Of a stretch of 64,000 bases of DNA, positions 1 through 11,442 are shown piece after piece. Location of the stretch: contig DASSSJ010000118.1 in assembly GCA_035708485.1 (NCBI GenBank), positions 155,771 through 219,770 of the forward strand, read 5' to 3'. The DNA comes from Anaeromyxobacter sp. (lineage in GTDB: Bacteria; Myxococcota; Myxococcia; Myxococcales; Anaeromyxobacteraceae). Each line of letters begins with the position of its first letter. The stretch's first letter is position 1. A model generated the notes under the pieces. It did no database searches and was not told where the DNA came from. It worked only from the letters and a program-made list of their open reading frames with translations. A program made the translations under genes and the position numbers.

Positions 1-1
1 C

Positions 2-1522
2 GAGGGGGACCGCTACGCGGGGCTCGAGTTCCTGGAGAACCGCGTCGCGCCGGTCGCGATGGAGAACGCCTTCACGTTCATCCGCTACGTGGGCACCGAC
101 GTGGACGCGTTCTTCCGCGCCTTCCCGCTCGCCGAGGTGAACGAGGGCGAGCGGATCCCCTCCGGCCAGCGCGGCGTCCTCGTCGGCAAGCAGTTCGCGG
201 AGGAGTGGCTCAAGCTCAAGAACGCGCGGCGGCTCGACCAGATCAAGGACCAGCGCGACCGGCGCGGGAAGCGGATCGAGGAGGAGGAGGAGCTGCAGCG
301 CTGGGTGCGCGAGAACCGGAGCGGCGTCAAGGAGATCCTGCTCCAGCTCGATCCCGTCGCCGCGGAGGAGGTCGCCGCGGTCCTGCGCCGCGCGCTCGGC
401 GCGGGCGGCGAGGAGGGGCTCGACGTGCTGCTGCAGCGCCTGTTCGCGACGACGGACCGGGACTTCGACGAGAAGTACCGGATCTTCTACGACGTCGTCG
501 CGCCGAGGATCCGGCTCTACAAGATCAACGTCGGCGACGTCATCACCGTGAAGGCGCCCTCGAAGAGCGGCTACTTCAGCGCCGTCAACGTGAAGGTCTA
601 CGGCTTCCTGGAGTTCCGGGGGATCGAGAAGTCCGGCATCGCCGGGATGATGAGCGTGATGGACCTCATGAGCTTCCGCGACCTGTACGGCTACCTCACG
701 CGGGAGAAGGCGGAGGAGGTCCGGCGCCTGAAGGAGGCCATGGGGGCGCGCGAGGTGGAGCGGGACCGCGCCGAGGCGGAGCTGTTCGGGGCGCCCGCGG
801 CGGCGCCCGCCGAGGCGCGCTCCGCGGCGATCGACGAGCGCGCGCTCGTGCGGTCCGGCGGCGAGCGCGCGGCGGGCGCGCAGGAGCTCGGGTCCCGCGT
901 CTACTCGCAGGAGGAGATCGAGCACGGGGTCGCCCTGAACGCCGCGCTCATCCTCGACGACGCGCGGCCGCGCGCGATCCGCCGGACGATGACCGAGGTG
1001 CGGGCGGCGATCGAGGGGAGCGGGCTCGGCCTGAAGGTGGTGGACTGGCAGGAGGCGTCCGGCCTCGTCGGCCAGTTCGTGACGCTGCTGCGGGGGGTCC
1101 TCTTCGCGGCGGTCCTGATCTTCTTCGCCATCGCGCTCGTCGTGATCAACAACGCGATGGTGATGGCGACGCTGCAGCGCGTGAAGGAGATCGGCACGAT
1201 GCGCGCCATCGGGGCGCAGCGGCGCTTCGTCGTCGCGATGCTCCTCGTCGAGATCGCCGCGGTCGGCCTCGTCTTCGGCCTCGGCGGCGCCGCGCTCGGC
1301 GGCGTGGCGGTGGGGATCATCCGCGCGCTGGGCGGGATCCCCGCCGTCAGCGACCTCCTCTACTTCGTCTTCTCCGGCCCGGCGCTCTTCCCCACGCTCG
1401 GCCGGATGCCGGTGGCGACGTCGCTCGCGATCGTGCTCGCGGTCGCGATCCTCTCGGCCCTCTACCCCGCCTGGATCGCCATGAAGGTGACGCCGGTCGA
1501 GGCGATGGCGACGGAGGACTGA
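2..1522 (+). CDS. ABC transporter permease, FtsX/MacB/LolE family (5'-truncated by window edge)
   Basis: Frame open from nt 2; C-terminal TM region with the LQRVKEIGTMRAIGA motif and terminal PAWIAMKVTPVEAM. Confidence 0.9.
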   Translation, partial: EGDRYAGLEFLENRVAPVAMENAFTFIRYVGTDVDAFFRAFPLAEVNEGERIPSGQRGVLVGKQFAEEWLKLKNARRLDQIKDQRDRRGKRIEEEEELQRWVRENRSGVKEILLQLDPVAAEEVAAVLRRALGAGGEEGLDVLLQRLFATTDRDFDEKYRIFYDVVAPRIRLYKINVGDVITVKAPSKSGYFSAVNVKVYGFLEFRGIEKSGIAGMMSVMDLMSFRDLYGYLTREKAEEVRRLKEAMGAREVERDRAEAELFGAPAAAPAEARSAAIDERALVRSGGERAAGAQELGSRVYSQEEIEHGVALNAALILDDARPRAIRRTMTEVRAAIEGSGLGLKVVDWQEASGLVGQFVTLLRGVLFAAVLIFFAIALVVINNAMVMATLQRVKEIGTMRAIGAQRRFVVAMLLVEIAAVGLVFGLGGAALGGVAVGIIRALGGIPAVSDLLYFVFSGPALFPTLGRMPVATSLAIVLAVAILSALYPAWIAMKVTPVEAMATED

Positions 1523-1523
1523 C

Positions 1524-2831
1524 GTGCTCCGCGTGGACCTCCAGATGGCGGCCCGCAGCCTCGCCGCCCATACGCGGCGGAACCTGTTCCTGGGCGGGGC
1601 CCTCGCCGCCGTCACCGGGCTGCTCGTGCTCCTCGGCGCGCTCACGAGCGGCATGGAGGCGGCGATGACCGAGTCCGCCACCACGCTCATGACCGGCCAC
1701 GTGAACGTGGGCGGCTTCTACAAGATCACGAGCGCCTCCACCGCGCCGCTCGTCTCCGGCTACCCGAAGGTCCTCGAGGAGGTCGAGCGCCGCGTGCCCG
1801 AGCTCGACTACTACACCGTGCGCGGCCGCGGCTGGGCGAAGGCGGTGTCCGAGAGCACCTCGATGGACCTCGTCCTCGCCGGCGTGGACGTGGCGCGGGA
1901 GCCCGCCTTCCGGCGCGTGCTGCGGATCGTGGACGGGCGCCTCGACGAGCTGGGCCGGCCCGGGACGGTGCTCCTCTTCGAGGGGCAGGCCGAGCGGTTG
2001 AAGGTGAAGGTGAACGACGTCCTCACCCTCTCGGCGCCGACCGATCGCGGGGTGAACAACACCGCCGACGTCCGGGTCGCCGCCATCGCGCGGAACGTCG
2101 GGCTCCTCTCGGCGTTCTCGGCGTTCATCCAGGCGGACACGCTGCGCCAGCTCTACGGGCTCAACGTCACCACCACCGGCGCCATCCACCTCTACCTGAA
2201 GGACGCGGCCCGGGCGCCCGCGGTGGCCGCCCGGCTCCGCGCCGAGCTCGCCGCCGCGGGCTGGCGCGTGATGGATCCCGACGCGCAGCCCTACTGGATG
2301 AAGCTCATGCAGACGGTGCCGAGCGAGGACTGGACCGGCCAGAAGCTCGACGTCACCACCGCCGAGGACGAGATGGGCCAGTTCAAGCAGTTCATCCTCG
2401 CCCTGCGCGTCGTGGCCGCGCTCCTCGGGATCATCCTGATGGTGGTGGTCGTGATCGGGATCCTGAACACGCTCGCGATCGCCGTCCGCGAGCGCACGCG
2501 GGAGATCGGGACCCTGCGCGCGATCGGGATGCAGCGGGGGAAGGTGCGCTGGCTCATCCTGCTCGAGACCGCGCTGCTCGCGCTCTCCGGCACCGCCGCC
2601 GGCGCCCTCGCCGCGACCGCGATCGCGGCGGGCCTGAACGCGCTCGGGATCGCCCTCCCGGAGTCGATGCAGATCTTCCTGGCGCAGGAGCGGCTCACCT
2701 TCCTCCTCGATCCCGCCGCGATCCTCTCGTACGTGCTGTTCCTCTCCGCGGTCACCGTCGTCGCGTCCTGGTTCCCTGCGCGCCGCGCCGCGCGCCTGCG
2801 GCCGATCACGGCCATGCACCACGTCGGGTGA
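1524..2831 (+). CDS. ABC transporter permease, FtsX/LolE family
   Basis: GTG start 1 nt after previous stop; N-terminal TM, periplasmic domain, VRERTREIGTLRAIGM and PARRAARLRPITAM motifs. Confidence 0.9.
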   Translation: MLRVDLQMAARSLAAHTRRNLFLGGALAAVTGLLVLLGALTSGMEAAMTESATTLMTGHVNVGGFYKITSASTAPLVSGYPKVLEEVERRVPELDYYTVRGRGWAKAVSESTSMDLVLAGVDVAREPAFRRVLRIVDGRLDELGRPGTVLLFEGQAERLKVKVNDVLTLSAPTDRGVNNTADVRVAAIARNVGLLSAFSAFIQADTLRQLYGLNVTTTGAIHLYLKDAARAPAVAARLRAELAAAGWRVMDPDAQPYWMKLMQTVPSEDWTGQKLDVTTAEDEMGQFKQFILALRVVAALLGIILMVVVVIGILNTLAIAVRERTREIGTLRAIGMQRGKVRWLILLETALLALSGTAAGALAATAIAAGLNALGIALPESMQIFLAQERLTFLLDPAAILSYVLFLSAVTVVASWFPARRAARLRPITAMHHVG

Positions 2832-2835
2832 GCCC

Positions 2836-3603
2836 ATGCGCCTCGCCGCCCTCGCCGCCGCCCTCCTGCTCGCGCCCGCCGCCGCGGGGGCGCTCGCCGA
2901 CGCCGAGCTCGCGAGGGTCGTCCGCGAGATCGACGAGCGCCAGCGCAACCAGGGCGACTGGAAGGCGCTCTGCTACATGGAGCAGAAGGAGCGGGGGAAG
3001 ACCGACGTCGTGTACGAGCTGCTCGTCTACCGGCGCGACGCCGACGACAAGCAGATGTTCCTCTTCACGAAGCCGAAGTCGGAGGCGGGGAAGGGCTACC
3101 TCCGCATCGAGAAGAACCTCTGGCTGTACGATCCGGCGACGGGGCGATGGGAGCGCCGCACCGAGCGGGAGCGGATCGCCGGCACGAACACCCGCCGCGG
3201 AGATCTCGACGAGTCGCGCCTCGTCGAGGAGTACGACGCCAGGTGGGAGGCGGACGAGCGGCTCGGCGTCTACGACGTCCACCGGATCCTGCTCAGCGCG
3301 AAGCCCGGCGTGGACGTCGCGTTCCCGGTCGTCCGGATCTGGGTGGACCGGGGGACGATGAACGTCCTGAAGCGGCAGGAGCTCGCGCTGTCCGGGCGGC
3401 TGATGCGCACGATCCTCCAGCCGCGCTGGCGCAAGATCCTCTCCGAGTCGAAGGGCGCGGACGTGTGGTACCCGGAGGAGATCCGGATCTACGACGAGAT
3501 CGAGAAGCAGAACTCGACGCTCGTGCTCATCAAGCAGATCGACCTGCGCCCGCTGGAGGCGAACCTCTTCACGAAGGCGTGGCTGGAGTCGCGGAGCCGA
3601 TGA
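2836..3603 (+). CDS. LolA-like outer membrane lipoprotein-sorting protein
   Basis: Signal peptide; FTKPKSEAGKGYLRIEKNLWLYDP and C-terminal LEANLFTKAWLE pattern typical of LolA-like family. Confidence 0.8.
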   Translation: MRLAALAAALLLAPAAAGALADAELARVVREIDERQRNQGDWKALCYMEQKERGKTDVVYELLVYRRDADDKQMFLFTKPKSEAGKGYLRIEKNLWLYDPATGRWERRTERERIAGTNTRRGDLDESRLVEEYDARWEADERLGVYDVHRILLSAKPGVDVAFPVVRIWVDRGTMNVLKRQELALSGRLMRTILQPRWRKILSESKGADVWYPEEIRIYDEIEKQNSTLVLIKQIDLRPLEANLFTKAWLESRSR

Positions 3604-5150
3604 CCGCCCTCCGACGCGCGGCCGCCCTCGCCCTCGCCGCCGCGCTCGCCGCGCCCGCGGCCGCGCAGGACCGGCCCTCCGACGAGGAGGTGTTCGGCGC
3701 GCCGGCCGCCGGCGAGCGCCCCGCCGCCGCGGGACAGGCGCCGCGCCCGGACGAGGCGGAGGTCTTCGGCGGCCCGGGCCCGCCGGGCGCCCTCCCGCCG
3801 CCGCCGGAGGGGATCGTCCCGAGGGACCGCGAGGACCCGCTCAAGATCGGCGGACAGCTCTACCTCAGGCTGCAGGCGTACTCGGCGGAGGGCGCGGACC
3901 CGGCGGACTGGACCGCCGTGTCGCCCAACCTCGTCGACCTGTTCGTGGACGTGCGGCCGAACGACCGCGTCCGCGGGTTCGCGCTCGCCCGGACCGCCTA
4001 CAACGCGATCGCGGTGGACCCCTCCGGCGGGATCCCCCCGGAGGTCGCCGAGCCGCTCGGGCTCGTGCCGCTGCCGACCACGGCGACCGCGCTCGATCAG
4101 CTCTGGGTGAACTTCGACGTCGCGCGGACCGTGTTCGTGACGGCCGGGCGCCAGCACGTGAAGTGGGGCGTCGGGCGGTTCTGGACGCCCACGGACTTCC
4201 TGCACCGCACCCCCCGCGATCCGCTCGATCCCTTCGACGTCCGGGTCGGCACCGCGATGGTGAAGGCGCACCTGCCGTGGGAGAAGCGCGGCTGGAACGC
4301 CTACGCCGTCGCGCTCCTCGAGGACCCGCGCCACGGCGGCGGCGACCGGTCGGGCACGCTCGGCGGGATCCCGGTCGGCGGCCGCGTCGAGGTCGTGCTC
4401 GGGACGGTGGAGGTCGGCGCGGACGCGCTCGTGGGCAGGGGCGCGCCGAGCCGGTTCGGCCTCGACGTGTCGGCCGGCGTGTGGGAGCTGGACCTGCACG
4501 GCGAGGTCGCCGTCGGCGGGGCCCGCCCGAGGTGGCGGGTCCGCGATCCGGCGGCGCCCCCGGTCGCCGGGGCCGGGCAGGGGCGGTGGGAGCTCCGCGA
4601 CGCGACCGGCGCGTCGCCCCGCGTCGTCGCGGGCGCGAGCTGGTCGCGGAGGTACTCCGACGAGGACGCCTTCACGCTCGGCGCGGAGTGGTTCTGGCAG
4701 GAGTCCGGCTACGACGATCCGGACGTGTACGGGTTCCTCGCGGCCGGCGCGCCGGCGCTCACGCCGCCGGCGGACCCGGCCGACCCGACCAGCGTCTCGC
4801 TCTTCCGCCAGGACCCCTCGGCGTTCACCTCGTTCCAGCTCGGGCGCCAGTACGCGGCGGCGTTCCTCTCCTTGCCCTCGCCCGGCTCCTGGAACGACAC
4901 GACCTTCGCGCTGTCGGTGCTCGGCAACCTCTCCGACCGCAGCTTCGTCGCGCGGCTCGACCACTCCGTCCTGCTCCTCACCTACCTCCGGCTCGAGACC
5001 TTCGCGGCGGTGCACCTCGGCCGCGCCGGCGGCGAGCTCCGGCTCGACCTCGCGCTCCCCGAGCTCGGGTCGTTCTTCGCCGTGCCGGGCGGGGTCGTCA
5101 CGAACCGGCCGCTCCTCGACCTCGGCGTCGCGCTGCGGGTGAGCCTGTAG
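3600..5150 (+). CDS. Secreted, probable outer-membrane beta-barrel protein
   Basis: ATGA overlap with upstream gene; signal peptide; GRQHVKWGVGRFWTPTDFL motif; amphipathic C-terminus LGVALRVSL. Confidence 0.7.
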   Translation: MTALRRAAALALAAALAAPAAAQDRPSDEEVFGAPAAGERPAAAGQAPRPDEAEVFGGPGPPGALPPPPEGIVPRDREDPLKIGGQLYLRLQAYSAEGADPADWTAVSPNLVDLFVDVRPNDRVRGFALARTAYNAIAVDPSGGIPPEVAEPLGLVPLPTTATALDQLWVNFDVARTVFVTAGRQHVKWGVGRFWTPTDFLHRTPRDPLDPFDVRVGTAMVKAHLPWEKRGWNAYAVALLEDPRHGGGDRSGTLGGIPVGGRVEVVLGTVEVGADALVGRGAPSRFGLDVSAGVWELDLHGEVAVGGARPRWRVRDPAAPPVAGAGQGRWELRDATGASPRVVAGASWSRRYSDEDAFTLGAEWFWQESGYDDPDVYGFLAAGAPALTPPADPADPTSVSLFRQDPSAFTSFQLGRQYAAAFLSLPSPGSWNDTTFALSVLGNLSDRSFVARLDHSVLLLTYLRLETFAAVHLGRAGGELRLDLALPELGSFFAVPGGVVTNRPLLDLGVALRVSL

Positions 5151-5289
5151 GCCCGCCTGCTCCATGCGGCCTGCCGACCGTCCGGCGCGGTCGAGCTCCC
5201 GCCGCCCGGGTGCGGCCGGTCGGCGCGCCCCTTCGTGGCTGCCGCGCGCCGGCCCGCGCGCACTAGGCTCTCTGGCGCGAGGTGACGCG

Positions 5290-5676
5290 ATGGCGGAGAT
5301 CGGGATCCGGAAGACGGTGAAGGGCGACTACGAGCAGGTGCTCGCGAAGGTGCCCGAGGTCCTCAAGGCGGAGGGCTTCGGCGTGCTGACGCGCATCGAC
5401 GTGAAGTCGACCTTGAAGGAGAAGATCGGCGTCGACTTCCGCCGCTACCAGATCCTCGGCGCCTGCAACCCGAAGTTCGCGCACCAGGCCCTCACCGCGG
5501 AGATCGGGATCGGCGCGCTCCTGCCCTGCAGCGTCGCCGTCTGGGAGGAGGACGACGGGCGCGTGACGGTGAACGCGGTGGACCCGCTCCAGACGATCGC
5601 GAGCGCGAGCCCCGCGCTGCGCCCGATCGCGGAGCAGGTCCGCGAGCGGCTGTCGCGGGCGCTTTCCGGGCTCTGA
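5290..5676 (+). CDS. DUF302 domain protein
   Basis: GAGGTG RBS then ATG 5290; GFGVLTRID, YQILGACNP and IGALLPC motifs. Confidence 0.9.
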   Translation: MAEIGIRKTVKGDYEQVLAKVPEVLKAEGFGVLTRIDVKSTLKEKIGVDFRRYQILGACNPKFAHQALTAEIGIGALLPCSVAVWEEDDGRVTVNAVDPLQTIASASPALRPIAEQVRERLSRALSGL

Positions 5677-5739
5677 GCGCCCTGGCAGAATCCTTCCCGG
5701 CGGCCGGGGCTCCGAGGGAGCGAGCCCGAGCCTCGCGAC

Positions 5740-5901
5740 ATGAACGACACCCTCACCGGACTCCTGATCGTCGGCGCCTGGCTCCTGCTCCAGCTGGTGA
5801 TCCTCCCGCGGCTCGGGGTGCCCACCTGAGCGGCCCCCCGCCGCCCCCGGGACGGGGCGGACGAGGACGGCGCGGCGGAGCGCGACCGGCGCGGCTGCTG
5901 A
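5740..5901 (+). CDS. Small single-TM protein; 29 aa if UGA at 5827 is a stop, 53 aa if it is selenocysteine
   Basis: MNDTLTGLLIVGAWLLLQLVILPRLGVPT-UGA-AAPRRPRDGADEDGAAERDRRGC; strong GC3 bias before and after the UGA; hairpin 5841-5860. Confidence 0.6.
5841..5860 (+). promoter_or_regulatory. Candidate bacterial SECIS hairpin
   Basis: CCGCCCC-CGGGAC-GGGGCGG; G-rich loop about 19 nt after the UGA; no U-tract. Confidence 0.45.
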
Positions 5902-5916
5902 ACGGCCGCGGCGGCG

Positions 5917-7095
5917 CTACGCGGCGGGCGCGACGAGGAGGTCGTCGGGGAGCGCCGACGTCAGCTTCTCGCCCCCGCCGTCGCGCACCACGAACGTGTT
6001 CTCGATGCCCACCGCGCCCGCGCCCGGGAAGACGAACTTGGGCTCGACGGCGACGGTCTGGCCCGCCCGCAGGGCCGCCTTGAACCCCGGCGCGAGCACC
6101 GGCAGCTCGTCGAGCTCGAGCCCGACGCCGTGGCCGACGAAGCGGGCCTGGTCGCCGGGCGGCCCCATGAAGAAGTCGCCGAGGCGCGCCTGCTCCGCCA
6201 TCGCCCGCGCGTGCTCCCACAGCTCGGCGCACGGCACGCCCGGGCGCAGGCTGCGCGCGAGCTCGTCCTGGATGGCGCGGGCGACGTCGAGCGCGCGGGA
6301 GAGCGCCGGGTCGAGCGCGCCGCAGACGGCGACGCGGGTCATGTCCACGACGTACCCGCCGTGGACGGCGGTGAAGTCCACGAGGACCGGGTCGCCGGGC
6401 CGCACGGTGCGCGCGGAGGCGCCCTGCGGGTACGCCGGCGAGAGGCCCGCGCCCACCACCGGTCCGTCGAAGTAGCCCGGCGCCGCGGCGCCGTCGCCGG
6501 CGACGGCGAGCCCCACGAACAGCTCCGCGTTGAACGCGCGCAGCCGCGGGACGCCCTCGTTGCCGGCGCGCCTGAGGCGGTACTCGACCTCGGCCGAGAC
6601 GTCGAGCTCCCGCATCCCGGGGCGGAGGAAGGCCGGGATCTCGGCGAACGCGCCGCAGATCCGCCGCGCCCCCTCGCGCATCGTCTCGACCTCCGACTCC
6701 GACTTCACCGAGCGCTGCTCGCGCAGGAGCCCGCTCGCGTCCACCAGCTCCGCGCCGGGGAGCTGCCGGCGCCACCACTCGACGGTCGCCGCCGGGATCG
6801 CCTCGAGCGCGACGCCGATCCGCCCGGAGGCGCCGAGCGCCGCGGCGAGGTCCCGCGACGGCGGGAAGGGGCGAACGTCCGCGACGGCGCTCTCCGCCCG
6901 GGCCCGCGCGAGGCTCTTGCGGACGAGGAGGACCGGCGCGCCGGCCGCCGGCACGAGCAGCGCGCCGTTCTGGCGCGTGCCGGCCAGGTAGAAGACGTCG
7001 ACGGCGTTGAGGAGCAGCGCGCCGGCGAGGCGGCGCTCCGCGAGCGAGGCCTGGTACGTCGAGACGCGGGAGAGGCGCTCTGCGCGATCGGTCAT
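5917..7095 (-). CDS. Xaa-Pro peptidase family (M24) aminopeptidase
   Basis: Start MTDRAERL; YVVDMTR, GHGVGLELDELP, EPK and GIEN metal-site motifs. Confidence 0.9.
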   Translation of the reverse strand: MTDRAERLSRVSTYQASLAERRLAGALLLNAVDVFYLAGTRQNGALLVPAAGAPVLLVRKSLARARAESAVADVRPFPPSRDLAAALGASGRIGVALEAIPAATVEWWRRQLPGAELVDASGLLREQRSVKSESEVETMREGARRICGAFAEIPAFLRPGMRELDVSAEVEYRLRRAGNEGVPRLRAFNAELFVGLAVAGDGAAAPGYFDGPVVGAGLSPAYPQGASARTVRPGDPVLVDFTAVHGGYVVDMTRVAVCGALDPALSRALDVARAIQDELARSLRPGVPCAELWEHARAMAEQARLGDFFMGPPGDQARFVGHGVGLELDELPVLAPGFKAALRAGQTVAVEPKFVFPGAGAVGIENTFVVRDGGGEKLTSALPDDLLVAPAA

Positions 7096-7106
7096 GTCGA
7101 TTCCGT

Positions 7107-7157
7107 CCCCTCTCCCGGCCCCGCTCCCCCCCGCCGGCGCGGGGGGAGCGGGGGTGA
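7107..7157. repeat. REP-like palindromic element, copy 1
   Basis: CCCCGCTCCCCCC..GC/GC..GGGGGGAGCGGGG stem followed by GGGGTGA; similar to 27057-27100 and 27481-27523. Confidence 0.6.
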
Positions 7158-7160
7158 CGC

Positions 7161-9479
7161 CTAGAACAGGAACTGATCGCCCTGCGCGCGCAGCGCGGTG
7201 ATCGCGGCGAGGTTCACGATCGACTGCACGGTCGTGCCCATCTGCAGCACGTTCACCGGCTTGTGCATGCCGAGGAGCACCGGCCCGATGACCTCGGCGC
7301 CGCCCATCGCCTCGAGCATCTGGTAGGCGATGTTGGCGGAGTCGAGGTTCGGGAACACGAACACGTTCGCGTCCTCCTTCAGGGCGGAGAACGGGAACTC
7401 CGGGACGCGGACGTCGGAGTGCGTCGCCGGGGTGACCTGGATCTCGCCGTCGATCTCGAGCTCGGGACGGCGCTGCCGCGCGAGCTCGGTCGCCTGGCGG
7501 ACCTTCCGCGGCGAGCTGCCGCCCGCGCTGCCGAAGCTCGAGTACGAGAGCATGGCCACGCGCGGGACGACGTCGAAGTAGCGGGCGAGGTCGGCGGTGG
7601 CGAGCGCGATCTCCGCCATCTCCTCGGCGCTCGGGTCGATGTTGACGGTGCAGTCCGCGAAGAACTTGAAGTCGTTCTTCGTCACCACGATGTACACGCC
7701 CGCGGCGCGCTTGCCGACGCGCGTGCCGATCACCTCGAGCGCCGGCCGGATCGCGTCGGCGTAGCCGGTGGTGAGGCCGGTGACGAGCCCGTCCACCGCG
7801 CCCTGCTCGAGCATGGTGGTGGCGAAGTAGGAGCGGAGCCGCATCCGGCGCCGGGCCTCCTCGTAGGTGACGCCGCGCCGCTGGCGGACCTCCCAGAAGC
7901 GGCTCACGTAGCGAGCGTAGTCGGCGCTCTCCTCGGGGTTGATGATGGTGATCCCCTCGAGGTCGTCGAGCCGCTGCTCGGCGATCGACCGCTTGATCTG
8001 GTCCACCGGGCCGAGGAGGACCGGCTCGCAGATCGCCTCCTCGCGGAGGATCTCGGCCGCCTGCTGGATCTTCGGGTGGTGGCCCTCGGGGAAGACGATC
8101 TTCACCACCTTCTTCTTCGCCTTGGTGAACACCGCGCCCATCACCTGGTGCGAGCGGCTCTGCATCTTGCGCAGCCGGTCGCGGTACTCGCCCATGTCGA
8201 TCTTCGCGCGGGCGACGCCGCCGTCGATCGCCGCCTTCGCGACCGCGGGGGCGACCCAGAGGAGCACGCGCGGGTCGAGCGGCTTCGGGATGATGTAGTC
8301 GGGGCCGAAGCGGAACCGCTCGCCGCCGTAGGCGCGGCTCACCGAGTCGGGCACGTCCTCCTTGGCCAGCTCGGCGAGCGCCCTCGCCGCGGCCATCTTC
8401 ATCTCCTCGGTGATGGCCTTGGCGCGCACGTCGAGCGCGCCGCGGAAGATGTAGGGGAAGCCGAGGACGTTGTTCACCTGGTTCGGGTAGTCGGACCGGC
8501 CCGTGGCCATGATGACGTCGCCCCGCGCCTCCTTCGCCTCCGGGTAGCTGATCTCGGGGTCGGGGTTCGCCAGCGCGAACACGACGGCGTTCTTCGCCAT
8601 CGAGCGGACCATCGCCTGGTCCACCATGCCCTTCACCGAGCAGCCGAGGAACACGTCGGCGCCGTTCATCGCCTCGGCGAGGGTGCGCGCCCTCGTGTCC
8701 GAGGCGAACTCCTGCTTCCAGGGGTTCATGCCCTCGGTGCGCCCCCTGTAGACGACGCCCTTCGTGTCGACCATCACCACGTTCTCGCGCCGCACGCCGA
8801 GCGTCATGTAGAACTTGGTGCAGGCGATGGCGGACGCGCCGGCGCCCGACACCACCACCTTCACCTTGCCGATCTCCTTCCCGGCGAGCTCGAGCGCGTT
8901 GAGCAGCGCCGCGCCGGAGATGATCGCGGTCCCGTGCTGGTCGTCGTGGAAGACCGGGATCTGCATCTCCTTCTTGAGCCGCTCCTCGATGACGAAGCAC
9001 TCCGGCGCCTTGATGTCCTCGAGGTTGATGCCGCCGAAGGTCGGCTCGAGCGCCTTCACCACCGTGCAGACCTGGTCGATCTCCTTCGCGTCGATGTTGA
9101 TGTCGAAGACGTCGATGTCCGCGAACCGCTTGAAGAGGACGCCCTTCCCCTCCATCACCGGCTTGCCGGCGGCCGGGCCGATGTCGCCGAGGCCCAGCAC
9201 GGCGGTGCCGTTCGACACGACCGCGACGAGGTTGCCGCGCGCGGTGTAGACGTACGAGAGCTCCGGGTCCTTCTCGATCTCGAGGCAGGGCTCGGCGACG
9301 CCCGGCGAGTAGGCGAGCGCGAGATCGCGCGCCGTCGCGGTGGGCTTCGTGGGGACGACCTCGATCTTCCCCTTGCGGCCGCTCGAGTGGTACGCGAGCG
9401 CGTCCTCTCGGCGGATCTTCTTCTTCGGGACGGGGCTGCCGGGGGGGTTCTGCGGGGGGTTGAAGTCTGTAGCGGCCAT
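7161..9479 (-). CDS. maeB: NADP-dependent malic enzyme with C-terminal phosphotransacetylase-like domain
   Basis: [44 protein letters not shown] motifs; PTA domain [11 protein letters not shown]. Confidence 0.95.
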   Translation of the reverse strand: MAATDFNPPQNPPGSPVPKKKIRREDALAYHSSGRKGKIEVVPTKPTATARDLALAYSPGVAEPCLEIEKDPELSYVYTARGNLVAVVSNGTAVLGLGDIGPAAGKPVMEGKGVLFKRFADIDVFDINIDAKEIDQVCTVVKALEPTFGGINLEDIKAPECFVIEERLKKEMQIPVFHDDQHGTAIISGAALLNALELAGKEIGKVKVVVSGAGASAIACTKFYMTLGVRRENVVMVDTKGVVYRGRTEGMNPWKQEFASDTRARTLAEAMNGADVFLGCSVKGMVDQAMVRSMAKNAVVFALANPDPEISYPEAKEARGDVIMATGRSDYPNQVNNVLGFPYIFRGALDVRAKAITEEMKMAAARALAELAKEDVPDSVSRAYGGERFRFGPDYIIPKPLDPRVLLWVAPAVAKAAIDGGVARAKIDMGEYRDRLRKMQSRSHQVMGAVFTKAKKKVVKIVFPEGHHPKIQQAAEILREEAICEPVLLGPVDQIKRSIAEQRLDDLEGITIINPEESADYARYVSRFWEVRQRRGVTYEEARRRMRLRSYFATTMLEQGAVDGLVTGLTTGYADAIRPALEVIGTRVGKRAAGVYIVVTKNDFKFFADCTVNIDPSAEEMAEIALATADLARYFDVVPRVAMLSYSSFGSAGGSSPRKVRQATELARQRRPELEIDGEIQVTPATHSDVRVPEFPFSALKEDANVFVFPNLDSANIAYQMLEAMGGAEVIGPVLLGMHKPVNVLQMGTTVQSIVNLAAITALRAQGDQFLF

Positions 9480-9529
9480 GGCGCTCCTCGCGACCGGAGT
9501 CGGAACGGTTCGCGTGAGATGGGAAGCGG

Positions 9530-9559
9530 CAAGGAATCGCAGAAGGGCGAGCGTGTCAA
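9530..9559 (-). promoter_or_regulatory. Probable sigma70-type promoter of maeB
   Basis: Perfect TTGACA at 9559-9554 on the minus strand; -10 element weak. Confidence 0.4.
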
Positions 9560-9574
9560 GGACGCGGCCGGGTA

Positions 9575-9590
9575 AGGCACGACAATTGCA
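9575..9590 (+). promoter_or_regulatory. sigma54-type -24/-12 promoter motif
   Basis: AGGCACGACAATTGCA: GG-N10-GC, close to the TGGCACG-N4-TTGC consensus. Confidence 0.5.
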
Positions 9591-9765
9591 GCCAACCGCC
9601 CGCCTGTCGGGCGAAGGTGCGCGCGCAGCGCGCCGCGTCACGGCGCGTCAACCGCGGGCCGCGCCGGATTCCGGGCACTTCGAAGAGCAGTGAGCGTTTG
9701 CCGGCAGCGCGACTGCGTCGCCGGCGTCGCACCGGCGCGAGGCGGCCGACGCATCCCGCCGCGCC

Positions 9766-11439
<1,674 letters not shown>

Positions 11440-11442
11440 GGC

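Noticed and set aside
5893-5920. Second UGA after Gly-Cys in the small protein, resembling a GCU motif
   Set aside because: Read-through would run antisense into the peptidase gene and no convincing SECIS follows; treated as the true stop.
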